A DNA stretch of 64,000 nt from Octopus sinensis (lineage: Eukaryota): positions 48,360,001 to 48,424,000 of the forward strand of contig NC_043010.1 of assembly GCF_006345805.1 (NCBI RefSeq), written 5' to 3'. Below the pieces are notes generated by a model, which was not told the origin of the DNA, made no database searches, and worked only from the letters and a program-made list of their open reading frames with translations. Made by a program: the position numbers and the translations under genes. Shown here in pieces: positions 50,830-63,258 of this stretch (positions are counted from its first letter, which is position 1; every line of letters starts with the position of its first letter).

Positions 50830-51450
50830 TTTTGCATGCATCTTAGGTGGTCCTTAGCTGGCATTTATGTTCCTGTAGCACTTGTCCCAAACTGGTAATA
50901 TACTTCCTTCCCTTATAACCCTTTCAGTCCAGAGATTTCTGAAAGTTTTCTCTGTGTTGAAAGCTCTCAGAAATAAATTATTCAGAAGACCTTTGTCAAT
51001 GCCTAGAATTTCCCTGGAAATGTCATTTCCTTGTCCACAACTATTACTCTAGAGAATACAAAGGCTGATGTATAATTGACCACATTGCTTGAGTTGTAAG
51101 AGACCTGTGAGCATCCAGACAACATTCCAGGAGATAGACACCAGCTTGTAAAATGTTTGCACAAGCAGGATCTTTTAATCAGTGGAATGAGTGCATTCCT
51201 TCCACAGGAAGTGAAAGAGTAGATGCTCCAATCAAGTTAGATGAAACTATGGAAGGAACAATATGCATTTGTCACCTCTACCTGATCTTTTAGGGATAAC
51301 TTTTCCTTGACCAATTTCTGGATGAGAATGGCTGCTCTACTCATGACCTTGTCCCAGTTCCTATCCACTTGGAGGCATGGTCCAAAATAGGCCCCAAGCA
51401 TCTTAGCAAGATAGTTGGAAGAGGAATAGAGTATGTGCCTTTTGTTTGCT
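50830..51450 (-). mobile_element. Degenerate L1/Tx1-group LINE fragment (post-RT region)
   Basis: ORF 51237-51521 includes KMLGAYFGPCLQVDRNWDKVMSRA..KEKLSLKDQVEV, resembling the K.LG..FG....NW..V.......LSL.GR pattern of L1/Tx1 ORF2. Confidence 0.55.
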
Positions 51451-52145
51451 AGTGATATTTTTTGGAGATGAGGGCACATTTCTGCTGTTAATCCTATCAA
51501 CACTCCTCTCAGATGCCTCAACTTTGCTTTGTGTGCCTACTATTGCTGCTCCTGTTGTTGTTCTTGTTGCTGCTGCTTTACTTTGTTATTGTGACTGCAG
51601 TGTAGATATAATCTGTGTCCATGTTATTTTGGTTATTGTGTTAGATAATGTTGGGTGGATTGTGCAACCACTTACTTGTGTGGCATCTGGACCTTCTATC
51701 CTCATTATAATATTCAACTGACTGGCATTCTGGAGGTCTCTCTGGTCAGAGTTTCTTTCAGTTTTTGTTTACCAAATCCTCTCTAAAAGCTTTGGTTGGC
51801 TTGAGGCTATATCAGATCATTCTTGCCCAAGGTGCCACACAGTGAGAATGAACCTGAACTCACATGGTTAGGAAGTGAACTTTCTAACACATAATCATAC
51901 CTGTTATGTAATGAAAAATAGGAAGGGCATGTGTTTATAGAAAATCTACATCAAGAAACTCAGTCTGACCATGCAACTGTGGATGAGTGGATGTTAAAAT
52001 GATGATGACGTTGTTGTTGTTGATGATGATGATGATGAATATATAATAAAAACAAACATGAAATTATATAAGCAGAAAATTGTAATCATTATTCCATAAC
52101 CTTCTTACTGAAATAATCTTCATGACTTTTTTTCCTTCTATTTAG

Positions 52146-52309
52146 GTGTGTTACAAGCTAATTTACAAGTGATTCATACAAAAGAACAGATTTTTAATTT
52201 GTTTTGTCATGAAGCCACCCGAATCTTTCACGACCGTCTTACTGATGACAAAGATCGCATGTACTTCCATACTATGATGGCAGATATGGCCAGCAAGCAT
52301 TTTGGAGAG
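52146..52309 (+). CDS. DNAH6: Dynein heavy chain exon (GVLQ...LFCHEATRIFHDRL...SKHFGE)
   Basis: tttag|GT acceptor, GAG|gtttgt donor; HE..R.F.DRL motif. Confidence 0.93.
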
Positions 52310-52611
52310 GTTTGTCATATCATTTGCTTGGTTCAGAGATGACTGTTGTATGTAACAAGGAGGGATTATTAAAGTGTTTTCTTGTGTTTCTTTTGCCTGT
52401 TGTATCTCAACTCATCATCATAACTTTGACTCTTATAGCATTCAGATAACTCTGTCAGATGCAATACTTATTTATCCCCATTGTTTTTAACTAATCATAC
52501 ATTATTCTATAGCTTTGAGATTTGATGATGTGATTAATCATTTTTTTTAGAATGACATTGTAGGGTAGGTGTGAAAGACTGGATCTGAACAGTTTGAACA
52601 TAAAACAAATA

Positions 52612-53229
52612 TTGGTTGTCTGGAAAGTTCGTGCCACTTTTTAAAAGAAGGAAAAAGGTCAATAAATACTTGCCGTTACCCAAGCTTTACCAGGTGCTCA
52701 TGAACCACGGATTTTGATAGGTTGAGGCTTTCTGCCAATTCTCGGATTGTGCAATGTGGGTTATTCTCAATTAATAACTTGATTTGGTCATCATCTGTAG
52801 TGGATGATCTGCCTGATTGCTCTTTATCAATAAGGCTACAATCTCCAGCTTGGAACCTTGCAAGCCACTTCCGTGCAGTTCTTTCGGATAAAGAAACGTC
52901 ACCGTAAACTGCGCATATTTCTTTGGTTGCTTGTGAGGCATTTTTCCCTTTATGGAAAAAGAAAAGCATCAAGTGCTGAAAATGAACTTTCTTATCTTCC
53001 ATTTTAAAGGGTTACAGAATTAACACAGATTATAGGAACATAGACCTTCTTCCACGAAAAGATAGCTTAAACTGTACTCTAAATGAAGGTGTAGTCAAAT
53101 GCCTATTTTATGGATTCAACCATGTTTTAAAATAAGTTGAAAAGTAAGCCACTATGGACTCAAACATGTTCTAAAATAAGTCAAAAGGTAAGCTACTATA
53201 AATCGGCACAAACTTTATGGACAACCCAA
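52612..53229 (-). mobile_element. Internally deleted mariner element (N-terminal HTH domain only), inserted in a piggyBac-like MITE
   Basis: TIRs ttggttgtctggaaagttcgtgcc / ggcacaaactttatggacaacccaa; TA TSD; ORF 52676-53002 MEDKKVHFQHLMLFFFHKGKNASQA...SGRSST. Confidence 0.88.
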
Positions 53230-53984
53230 TACAATGTTTGATCTGGATATAGCTAGTTTAAATGCTTGCATTGGTCAGGTGTTGTCTATTGAGGCTCATT
53301 TTCTACAGCTGTATATTCTTCCTGTTGCCAAGCATCACCTGTTTCCAAGCAAGGTAATATTTCCCATCACCAGACTTCTTTTCATACAAGACTTGAAGTG
53401 TGGGATGTTTATTTATAACCATCGCTTGATGTCAAGACATGGAGACAAAAACACACACACACGCATGCATGCACAAAAGTTTTTCAGTTTCCATCTACCA
53501 AATCTACTCACAAGGTTTTGAATATTCCTGAGCTATACCATAAGACACTTCGCCCGTGGTGCCACGTAATGGGAATGAACATGGAACTATATGGTTGGGG
53601 AGCTAACTTCTCATTCACACGACTATGATTATGTCTATTACAAACACACCCGCACACACATTACCCTATCAAACACACATACACAAGGTGTGTGTATTGT
53701 TAGTTTGTAGGTCAGCTATGTTTTTATGGCTTGAAAGTCATAACATACTGGCACCTTTTTCATAGCAGCTACTGACTGGTTTTGCTAATCAACCTCCGAC
53801 AATAGAGAGCAGTCACCATATTCCCTTCCATATTGGCTAACACTGATGAGTGTAGAGTTATATAATTGGATTGTTACCTAACACTCCATTACATTCTTTA
53901 TGCGAAACCAATTGGTAAGATCAGTAGTGATGGATATTTAATACTATGCTTTTCAGATAATATATATTTATATATATATATATA

Positions 53985-54352
53985 AGGCAAGCGAAATCGA
54001 AATCGAATTGAACCAGCCAGGATCCCTGGTCTGGTGGTACGTAAAAAGCACTATCCGACTCGTGGCCCATGCCAGCACCGCCTCGACTGGCTTCCGTGCC
54101 GGTGGCACATAAAATGCGCCAATCCAACCGTGGCCGTCCAGCCTCGCCTGGCACCTGTGCAGGTGGCACGTAAAAAGCACCCACTACACTCACGGAGTGG
54201 TTGGCGTTAGGAAGGGCATCCAGCTGTAGAAACATTGCCAGATAAGACTGGAGCCTGGTGCAGCCTTCTGGCTTCCCAGATCCCCGGTCGAACCGTTCAA
54301 CCCATGCTAGCATGGAGAACGGACGTTAAATGATGATGATGATGATGATGAT
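53985..54352 (+). mobile_element. SINE family E, long copy with ~55-60-bp internal repeats and (ATG)n tail
   Basis: ggtggcacgtaaaaagcacc units, then ggcgttaggaagggcatccagctgtag core; near-identical to 59590-59985. Confidence 0.8.
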
Positions 54353-54361
54353 ATATATATA

Positions 54362-55633
54362 TCAGGTTATCCCATAATTTCTGTCCATCTTTACCTTTTT
54401 TAAAATTGAATGAAATTTAATAGTATTTTAGAATGTCTAATGGAATTAAAAATTATTTTTATGCATTTGTGTACATTTAAACTTATTAAATATTATTTTA
54501 CAGAATAATAGAATTAAAATGTCTTTGATTAAAACCCTTTCTAACATGGAAGTATCCAAAGAGCATTTAAGGCACATAATGCTTTATGAGTACAAAAAAG
54601 GAAACTCTGCAACCAAAGCGACTCGAAACATACACTCAGTTTATGGGAAATAATGCTTGAATGAAAGAACTTGCAGAAGATGGATTGCAAAATTCAGAAG
54701 TGGAGATTTCAGCCTTGAAGATGAAGATCGAACAGGACGTCCAGTTGAGTTTGATGATAAGCTCCTTGAGGCATTACTTGAAGAAAATTCTGCATTATCA
54801 GTTGAAGAATTGGCAATAAAGCTTAGTTCAAGCTATACAACTGTTTATCATCTTCAACAAGTTGGAAATGTTCCTAATGGGTGCCCTATGAATTGTCCGA
54901 AAGCAACTTCAAATCCCGAGTTGATGTCTACTCTTCTCTTCATTCTTGCGAACTCATTTCACCCTTTTTGGATAGACTTGTGACTAGTGACGAAAAATGG
55001 ATCTTCTATCAAAATGTTAAACGTCATAAACAGTGGCTTGGTAAAAGAGAAAAAGCTCAACCACAACCGAGAAGGGAACTTCATGGAAAAAAGGATCTTC
55101 TCTCTATCTGTTGGGATTGCAAAGGAGTAATTCACTTTGAATTGTTACCACCTAATGCAACAATCAATGCTCAAGTCTACTGTCAGCAATCAGAGCGTTT
55201 GAACCAAGTTTTGAAGAAAAAAAGACCTGTTTTAGTGTTTCGAAAAGGAGTAATGTTTTTTCAGGACAATGCACGACTCCACACTGCAAAGATCATATCA
55301 CAGAAAATCAAAGAGCTTGGTTGGGAAAAAATTCATCCACCTTATTCTCCCGACCTTGCTCCTTCAGACTACCATTTGTTTCATAGTTTACAGAATCATC
55401 TGGGGGACATAACTTTCGCAAGCCTGGAGGAGGTTGAAACTGACATTTCAGAGTTCTTCACTTTGAAACCAAAAGAGTTTTACATTGATGGGATTAAAAA
55501 GCTTGTAAATAGATGGAAGGAAGTCATAGATAATCAGGGAAAGTACATTGATGATTAACTTTCAATTAAATATAACATTTGATCACTTGTTTTCTTCATT
55601 CAAAATTCAGACAGAACTTATGGAATGACCTTA
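54362..55633 (+). mobile_element. Near full-length mariner transposon with a disrupted transposase
   Basis: TIRs tcaggttatcccataatttctgtcc / gacagaacttatggaatgacctta; TA TSD; ATG 54546, in-frame TAA 54651, frameshift near WVPYEL; catalytic VTSDEKW, QDNARLH and YSPDLAPSDY (33 residues between the 2nd and 3rd Asp; the canonical mariner spacing is 34). Confidence 0.92.
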
Positions 55634-55648
55634 TATATACACATATTT

Positions 55649-55692
<44 letters not shown>

Positions 55693-55989
55693 ATATATAA
55701 AAATATATATATATATACACACACACATACATACACATATTGAGATACACACACACACACACACATATTGTAATGTCAAGTATAAACAATCTGAGAGGTA
55801 CTTGTCACATTGGTATCTCCTCCAGCCTCTAAGATACTCTAAGTCTGTAGTATGTATAGAGGATGCTTGTAACAGTCTTATGTTTGTTTTTATGACTTTG
55901 TAACTTGTAGCACAATTTGTTGCACTACTGCAGTGCTGGGATATAAGAATTTTCCATTATTTTAAGAATAATATTTTTGTTAATCTATT

Positions 55990-56019
55990 TTATTATATGT
56001 ATGTGTGTGTATGAAAAGC

Positions 56020-56051
<32 letters not shown>

Positions 56052-56210
56052 ATATATTTATTATATATATATATATATAAAACCCCTGCCAGCATGGAAA
56101 ACGGATGTTAAATGATGATGATGTTGATGATGGCAATGATGATGAAGATTGTATATATGTATGTGCGTGCATGTGTGAGTGCATGTATGTATATATATAT
56201 ATATTATATA

Positions 56211-56302
<92 letters not shown>

Positions 56303-56358
56303 CATACATATGCATATACATTTATATACATATATATTATATATATATATGCATACAT

Positions 56359-56389
<31 letters not shown>

Positions 56390-56458
56390 CACGTGCGCAT
56401 ACATACATACATATATATATATAATATATATATACACATACATGCATACATACATACA

Positions 56459-56494
<36 letters not shown>

Positions 56495-56497
56495 TAA
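55990..56497. repeat. Large compound (TA)n/(TACA)n microsatellite
   Basis: Directly visible; explains the YI/IY ORFs. Confidence 0.95.
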
Positions 56498-57146
56498 GCT
56501 TTGTTTTTACCAGTAAGAATTGTATGTTGTTTACATCATAAGAACTTAGAAACTGTTTGAAAATTCAAAGGGTTGTTTTGCTATAATGGTGGCACATCTG
56601 CCTTGTTTACAGAAAATGTGGGTCTGTGTCCCATGGGCAGCATTTATCTTTTTCTTATCCAAGGGTTTTTCTTTTTGTTAACCCAAGATTCTACTCACTA
56701 CTATTTATAGCATCATTTGTTTTGAGTTTCACCATTGAAAACAATTTCTGAAATTATGTTTATATGTATAAACTGGTGTATTGAGTTGCATCTGTTTATA
56801 TCAAAACCATAACTTAGCGTTTTGCTAAATAGAGATCAATAAAATAAAGTATAAGGCTGAAATAATTACTAAGGTCTATATGATCAATTAAAGTTCTTGC
56901 AAATGGTGCCCCGTGGCCTTTGTCCAGTGGTGTGCCAGTTAATGACTAGTCCCTTGCCTCTATAGCTGTTGGTGGATATTGGCGTTAGGGATGGCTTTGT
57001 GGTAAGACATTTGCTTCCAAGCCACATGGTTCTGGGTTCAGTCTTTTGCTACTCTGGGTTTCACCTGTACATAGACAGGATCAAAAGACTGACTCAACGA
57101 AAATAAAATATTAGTTTTCTCTATCATAGTATTGAGTAATCTTTCT

Positions 57147-57420
57147 TCTTATTTCTTTATTGCCCACAAGGGGCTAAACATAGAGGGGACAAACAAAGAC
57201 AGACAAAGGGAATAAGTCGATTACATCGACCCCAGTGTGTAACTGGTACTTAATTTATTGACCCCAAGGGGATGAAAGGCAAAGTCGACCTTGGCGGAAT
57301 TTGAACTCACAACATAACAGCAGACGAAATACCTCTAAGCATTTTGCCTGGTGTGCTAACGATTCTGCCATCTCGCCGCCTTACAGTTAATAATTGAACA
57401 CACACACACACACATGCGCA

Positions 57421-57456
<36 letters not shown>

Positions 57457-57870
57457 CAGGTGCTGGCAAGGCTTTGTGGCAAGAAGTTTATTTTCCATCC
57501 ACATGGTTCCAGGTTTAGTATCACTGCATGGCACCTTGGGCAAACGTCTTCTACTATAGTCTCAGACTAACCAAAGCCTTGTGAATGGATTTGATGGACA
57601 GAAATTGAAAGTAAGGTGGCAAGCTGGCAGAAACGTTAGCACGGTGGGTGAAATGCTTAGCAGTATGTCGTCTGCTGTTTCGTTCTGAGTTCAAATTTCG
57701 CTGAGGTCGACTTTGCCTTTCATCCTTTTGTGGTCGATAAATTAAGTAACAGTTACGCACTGGGGTCGATGTAACTGACTTAATCCTTTTGTCTGTCATT
57801 GTTTGTCCCTTCTATGTTTAGCCCCTTGTGGGCAGTAAAGAAATAAGAAATTGAAAGAAGCCTGCTATAT
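57147..57870. mobile_element. SINE B minus (57147-57382), plus SINE B plus (57612-57846) inserted in a SINE A fragment
   Basis: 12-bp TSD agaaattgaaag at 57600-57611 and 57846-57857. Confidence 0.8.
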
Positions 57871-59155
57871 ATACAAGCACTGCAGACTAACATGACACTT
57901 GTCATTACACAGCACTCACTCCACTTCTTCTATTGAGCAATACACCTGATAGCACGTGACTCCATTATCAGTTTTACTAGCAGTCTAACACCAGCTGTGA
58001 GTCTCCACAAAAGAAGAGAATAGAATGCCTTATGAAAGCTTTTTTCTTTATATATTGTTTTCATTCAGTTTAAAGTTGGTGTTGGTTTTTCTGAATACTG
58101 TATTTACTTCTGAAAATGCATGATTTAATAGTTACTGAATTAATTCATAGGATATTATCAGTTCATTGGCTCATTAAATAGTAAAATTGATAACACTCTC
58201 ATATAGATTAGCACTTTGTCTCTTCAGAAAATCTTTCTTTTACAACTCATGAAGAGCATAAAATTTTGAAAGTATTTTCTGAATCTATGTTGATTACAAC
58301 TGCTTAACTTGCTAGTTGAATATGTAAATGATGTTATTTGGTTGTTAATATGTAAATGACATTATTTGGTTGTGATAAAATAATAAGCTTGAAAGAGTTT
58401 GCAGATGTTTTGATAGGTTTTCAGTGAAGAAAAAAAAATGTTTTTCTTTTTTTTGGTTGTTTCGAAAGGAAAATATATTTCTAAAAGAATATTTTAATTT
58501 GAAAATATTGTCAGGAAATAACTTAGTTTTAATGTTGTCGAAATGATAGAAGTAGGAAAAACATGTCTTCAAAAACATTTTAAAAGTCTTCTTTATTCAA
58601 ATCTCTGAAGAGTTTTGAATTGAATTTGTTCTTGAAAATGTAAGATAAAATTTTACTGAAATAAATATTAAAAAAAAAAAAAAAAGAATTTATGAATTCT
58701 GTCAACGTGTAGTTAGCTTTACACAGGAACCCCTTTAAGAAGGTGGTAATCTGCAAGATAAAATAAAAAAATAAAAACGAGGTAAACTGGCTACAGACAA
58801 GTGACTACAAAATACTGCTTTGAATAAGACTTCAGCTTTGACTGTTGTAATGATAAAGCATGATAAAGTACATACATCTTAACTGAAACAAACTGGATTT
58901 CATTACTTTTCCGGTATGTGATTCATTGTATGAAATTTTATTCCTGTTTCCAGAAATATTATACTACGAATTTAACTGGAAATTTTGAATAAAAATGACA
59001 AGAAAATATTTCAATCAAACAATATGTCCGATATCTGTGAGATCAACAAAAAATAGTAGTGGATTTTTTGACTATTGCTTTTTTTAAATTATTTTATTTC
59101 TATCATTTGGAAATCATTATATTTTTATAAGTTACTTTTTTCTCTTTTCATTCAG

Positions 59156-59287
59156 ATAGTAGCAGCTGAAGACTTAATGAAAACGCCCATCATTTTTGGT
59201 GACTACCTCCGTATAGGGATTCCACTTGCACAACGTGTTTATAAACAAGTAGTAGACATGGAAAAATTGAAAAATATTTTGATACAG
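59156..59287 (+). CDS. DNAH6: Dynein heavy chain exon (IVAAEDLMKTPIIFGDYL...KLKNILIQ)
   Basis: ttcag|ATA acceptor, CAG|gttaat donor, 44 codons; PIIFGD motif. Confidence 0.9.
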
Positions 59288-59589
59288 GTTAATGTCTTTT
59301 TCTTTCTTTTTTAAATAAATAATCTTTAAATCCTTTGTTACCAATTTAAAAAAAAAAACTATGCACTTGTTTTTATTAATTTTGAAAATAATGAAGTATT
59401 TTGTAAAATAACTTTGTCATTGAGCTGGCATTTGGAACATAAGTTGAGATGAAATTTTGAAGGAAGGTTTTAATATAGATCACTTAAAAAGTAAGGGCTT
59501 GTATCATAGAACTAGGTATAGTCTCAAGCAGGTTAGTATTTATAGAGTTAAAACTAAGAGTAAGTTATTAGCAAAAAAAAAAAATAATA

Positions 59590-59985
59590 AAATGGTACAT
59601 AAAAAGCACCCTCCGAACGTGGCCGATGCCAGTGCTGCCTAGACTAGCTTCTGTGCCGGTGGCATGTAAAAAGTACCATCTGAACATGGCTGATGCCAGC
59701 GACGCCTTAACTGGCTTCTGTGCCAGTGGCACGTAAAAAGCACCAATCCAATCATGGCCATTGCCAGCCTCACCTGGCACCTGTGCCGGTGGCATGTAAA
59801 AGGCATCCACTACACTCACGGAGTGGTTGGTGTTAGGAAGGGCATCCAGCTGTAGAAACACTGCCAGATCAGACTGGAGCCTGGTGCAGCCTTCTGGCTT
59901 CCCAGATCCCCTGTCGAACCGTCCAACCCATGTTAGCATGGAGAACGGACGTTAAACGATGATGATGATGATGATGATGATGATG
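59590..59985 (+). mobile_element. SINE family E with about four internal repeat units
   Basis: Matches 53985-54352. Confidence 0.8.
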
Positions 59986-60183
59986 TTGTTCATCCCCAAG
60001 CCATGGCTAATTGAACAAAACTATGATCATAGACATTCTTGCTGCGACCATCCTGTCCCATCTTTTTAAGTGACTTAGAACTACAATGTTTAACACATCC
60101 AAGGGAGATTTATCTGATATTTCTTGCAGGTTGAGCAAGTTTGTAGAGTTTTGTTGATTGGTTCAAGTTTGTTTTCGTTTTCA

Positions 60184-60540
60184 TAGGTGCAGGTGTGGGT
60201 GTGTGGTAAGAAGCTTGCTTTCCAACCACATAGTTCCGGGTTCAGTTCCACTGTGATACACCTTGGGCAAGTGTCTTCTACTGTAGTCTTGGGCCGACCA
60301 AAGCCTTGTCATAGATTTTGTAGATGGAAGCTGAAAGAAGCCTGACATGTGTGTGTGTGTGTCTTTGTGTCTGCATTTGTCCCTGCATTTGTCCCCCACC
60401 ACTGCTTGACAACCAGCGTTGGTTTGTTTATGTCCCTGTAACTTAGCAGTTCGGCAAAAGACACTGATAGAATAAGTATTGAGGTTGATTTGTTTGGCTA
60501 AAATTCCTCAAGGCAGTGCCCGAGTGTGGCAATCCCATGA
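60184..60540 (+). mobile_element. SINE family A, diverged
   Basis: Family match. Confidence 0.72.
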
Positions 60541-61709
60541 TTTTATTGACAGTCTAACGACTGTTAATAAAGCTGTTTATAAAATGCTGACAACATCAAT
60601 AGGAAAATACTAGGATTTGGAATTTGCCATAATCATATAAGAGGGTGATATCTAACTGGTGGGTTTATCTTTACCCTAAGATGAAAGGAATATAAGTTTC
60701 AAGCATTCATTGTGTGAATTGTTGAAATAATTTTGTGAACTATTGCTTGTCGTGTGATGTATATGGAGGATAACAGGTGACTAAAGAAATATCTAGCAAT
60801 CTAAGCAGAAGGAACCTGTGGTTGAGAACAGTCAAACTTAAGAAGTGGTGAAGGTTGATTCCAGAAGATCAATCCTTATCCTTATGCGAATGATAAAGGA
60901 CTGCAGCAGGTGGTAAATATACTGTACTGAAAAAGACTCATACAACCCTTACAAGCATGGATAAAAGAACATATAATAATACATGTTAATTTTGGCGTGA
61001 GGTTAGTAATTTTGAGGGGAGGGGGAAGTCGATAAGATTGACTGTTCAACTGGTACTTATCAAGTTCAAATTCTGTTGAGGTTGACTTTGTCTTAAATTT
61101 TTTTTTTTTTTGGTGGTAGGGTGTCAATAAAATGATACCAGTTCAGCACTGGGGTCAATGGAACCATTTTTAGGAAACATCACCAAGTAGTTGTATTTCT
61201 AGATCAGCCTATAATTTTATCACCTGCAAGAGTCATGTACTGGCACTACATAAAAAACACTCATGCTGGTGCCACATAAAAGTGTTTGTGTGGTGCCAGA
61301 TAAAAGCATCCAGCACACTCTGTAAAGTGGTGGGTGTTAGGAAGGGCATCCAGCTGTAGAAGCCATGCCAAATCAGGCTAGAACTTGAGCAGATCTCCAG
61401 CTTGCCAGCTCTGCTCAAACCATCCAACTCATGCCAGCATAGAAAACAGTTGTTAAATGATGATGATGATGAATTTTGCCGTTATTTCACAGGAGTTTGA
61501 GACATAAATTTAAACGAAATTTTAGGAGGGTGTTTTTAACTGAGATCATTTTAAAACTCTAAGTTTATACCATAGACCCAAGGATGGTCTTGGTGGGATT
61601 AGTATCAAAAGGATTAAAGAAAATACTTCATCTTTGCATAAACATATCTTACTTACAATATACCATTCCTACTTCACTAAAACATTAAAAAAATTTTCTC
61701 TTACCACAG

Positions 61710-61870
61710 TATCTAGATGACTTCAATTTACAATCTCCCAAAGAAATGAAGTTGGTCTTTTTCACTGATGCAATTTCCCATATTTCTCGTATTATTCGGA
61801 TTATCAGACAGAACCGAGGCAATGCTTTACTTGTAGGTGTTGGTGGTGTTGGCAAGCAATCTCTGACCAA
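61710..61870 (+). CDS. DNAH6: Dynein heavy chain exon (YLDDFN...[38 protein letters not shown]; AAA4 P-loop)
   Basis: Translated by hand; ccacag|TAT acceptor, AA|gtaagc donor (phase 2). Confidence 0.95.
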
Positions 61871-62091
61871 GTAAGCAACTATATAATATTTGTCTTAAAT
61901 TTCTGCAAGATTAGAATATTTTTGTGCTCAAACATACTAAATGTGACTTTACATGAGTAAAACTTATTTGTGTGACCTTATTTATTTAATTCTAGCTTAA
62001 CCAATTTTACGCACATCGGCAAACAAACTGTATTCTGTTTAATAAGAAGAACTTTATTCTTCTCAGGCTGTGAATGACAGACTTGGTACTT

Positions 62092-62134
62092 GTAGCTGAT
62101 GAAGCAAAAAGATGTCGAAACACATGCATCCTAT
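62092..62134 (+). ncRNA. Decayed type I hammerhead motif
   Basis: GTAG-CTGATGA-A-gcaaaaagatgtc-GAAA cacatgc ATC-CTAT; stem I GUAG/CUAU; stems II and III imperfect. Confidence 0.5.
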
Positions 62135-62879
62135 GATCCAGTGACATTATTCACGGCCCAAAATGTGTTTTCACACATATCTAGGAGTAAAATTTTCTTC
62201 TAGGACTGTTTCTCCAGTGGAAGGTCTTATCATGTCCGAATACTCTTGACTGTGTTAAATATGACTTTACCCATATATATTTTATTCAATGCTATATGTA
62301 ACATTAATTACTTAGACTTATGTATCCCTGTTGTACAATTAATGAGTTTTGTCAATTAAAATATAGTGACTGGAATTTATATTTTTCCTTACATAGAAAG
62401 ACCACATATTTTCATTCTTTCATTCTTTCCTTAAGTTCTTCATATCACTGACTTACTGAAAGTTTTTATGGACATATTACTATCCATGAGGTAATTAGGG
62501 TGTCACTAAAGACCTATTGCTTATATATTGATTTAGCAGAAATAGTCAAAATGTTTTTTCCCTGTTATCTTTGTGTGTGTGAAAAAAAATTGAGCTCAGC
62601 ATTAAAAATTGGTTCAGAAGCTCACTTTGAACCTAATTAGCTTGAGGTTCAGTCCCACTGTGTGGCACCTTGGGCTAGTGCCTTCTACTATAGTCCCAGG
62701 CCAACCATTTACTAAACCTTGTTCAGAATAGACGGACAAAATGCATACTAATGATTCTGCCAGCTTGCCAGTTGACTAATAAATAAAACCAATGAGTGTG
62801 TCATTTATTATTGGCATAATGACCCTTCTGAAATGCAACAATGTGGAAGCTTGGCTTGCTGTGTGTGTGTGTGTGTGTG

Positions 62880-63258
62880 CAGAGGCGCAATGGCCCAGTG
62901 GTTAGGGCAGCGGACTCGCGGTCATAGGATCGCGGTTTCGATTCCCAGACCGGGCGTTGTGAGTGTTTATTGAGCGAAAACACCTAAAGCTCCACGAGGC
63001 TCCGGCAGGGGATGGTGGTGATCCCTGCTGTACTCTTTCACCACAACTTTCTCTCACTCTTACTTCCTGTTTCTGTTGTACCTGTATTTCAAAGGGCCGG
63101 CCTTGTCACTGTCTGTGTCACGCTGAATATCCCCGAGAACTACGTTAAGGGTACACGTGTCTGTGGAGTGCTCAGCCACTTACACGTTAATTTCACGAGC
63201 AGGCTGTTCCGTTGATTCGGATCAACCGGAACCCTCATCGTCGTAACCGACAGAGTGC
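62880..63258 (+). mobile_element. tRNA-headed SINE, head C with tail type i, full length and CpG-rich (young)
   Basis: Head gaggcgcaatggcccagtggttagggcagcgg...ggtttcgattccc shared with 20618 and 883(-). Confidence 0.82.

Noticed and set aside
52310-52315. Weak donors (gtttgt at 52310, gttaat at 59288, gtagac at 20584) as signs of pseudogenisation
   Set aside because: All are GT donors, phases match the next exons, and the 1006-codon frame has no stops or lost motifs.
55993-56516. Several 60-134 aa ORFs rich in YI/IY/HT/CV
   Set aside because: These are translations of (TA)n, (CA)n and (TACA)n microsatellites; the same applies to the ORFs at 6318-6724, 9107-9405 and 35811-36138.
62880-62955. 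tRNA-like sequence with A and B boxes (also at 20618, 3719, 3025)
   Set aside because: No proper acceptor stem or cloverleaf, and each continues into a SINE body; these are SINE heads, not tRNA genes.
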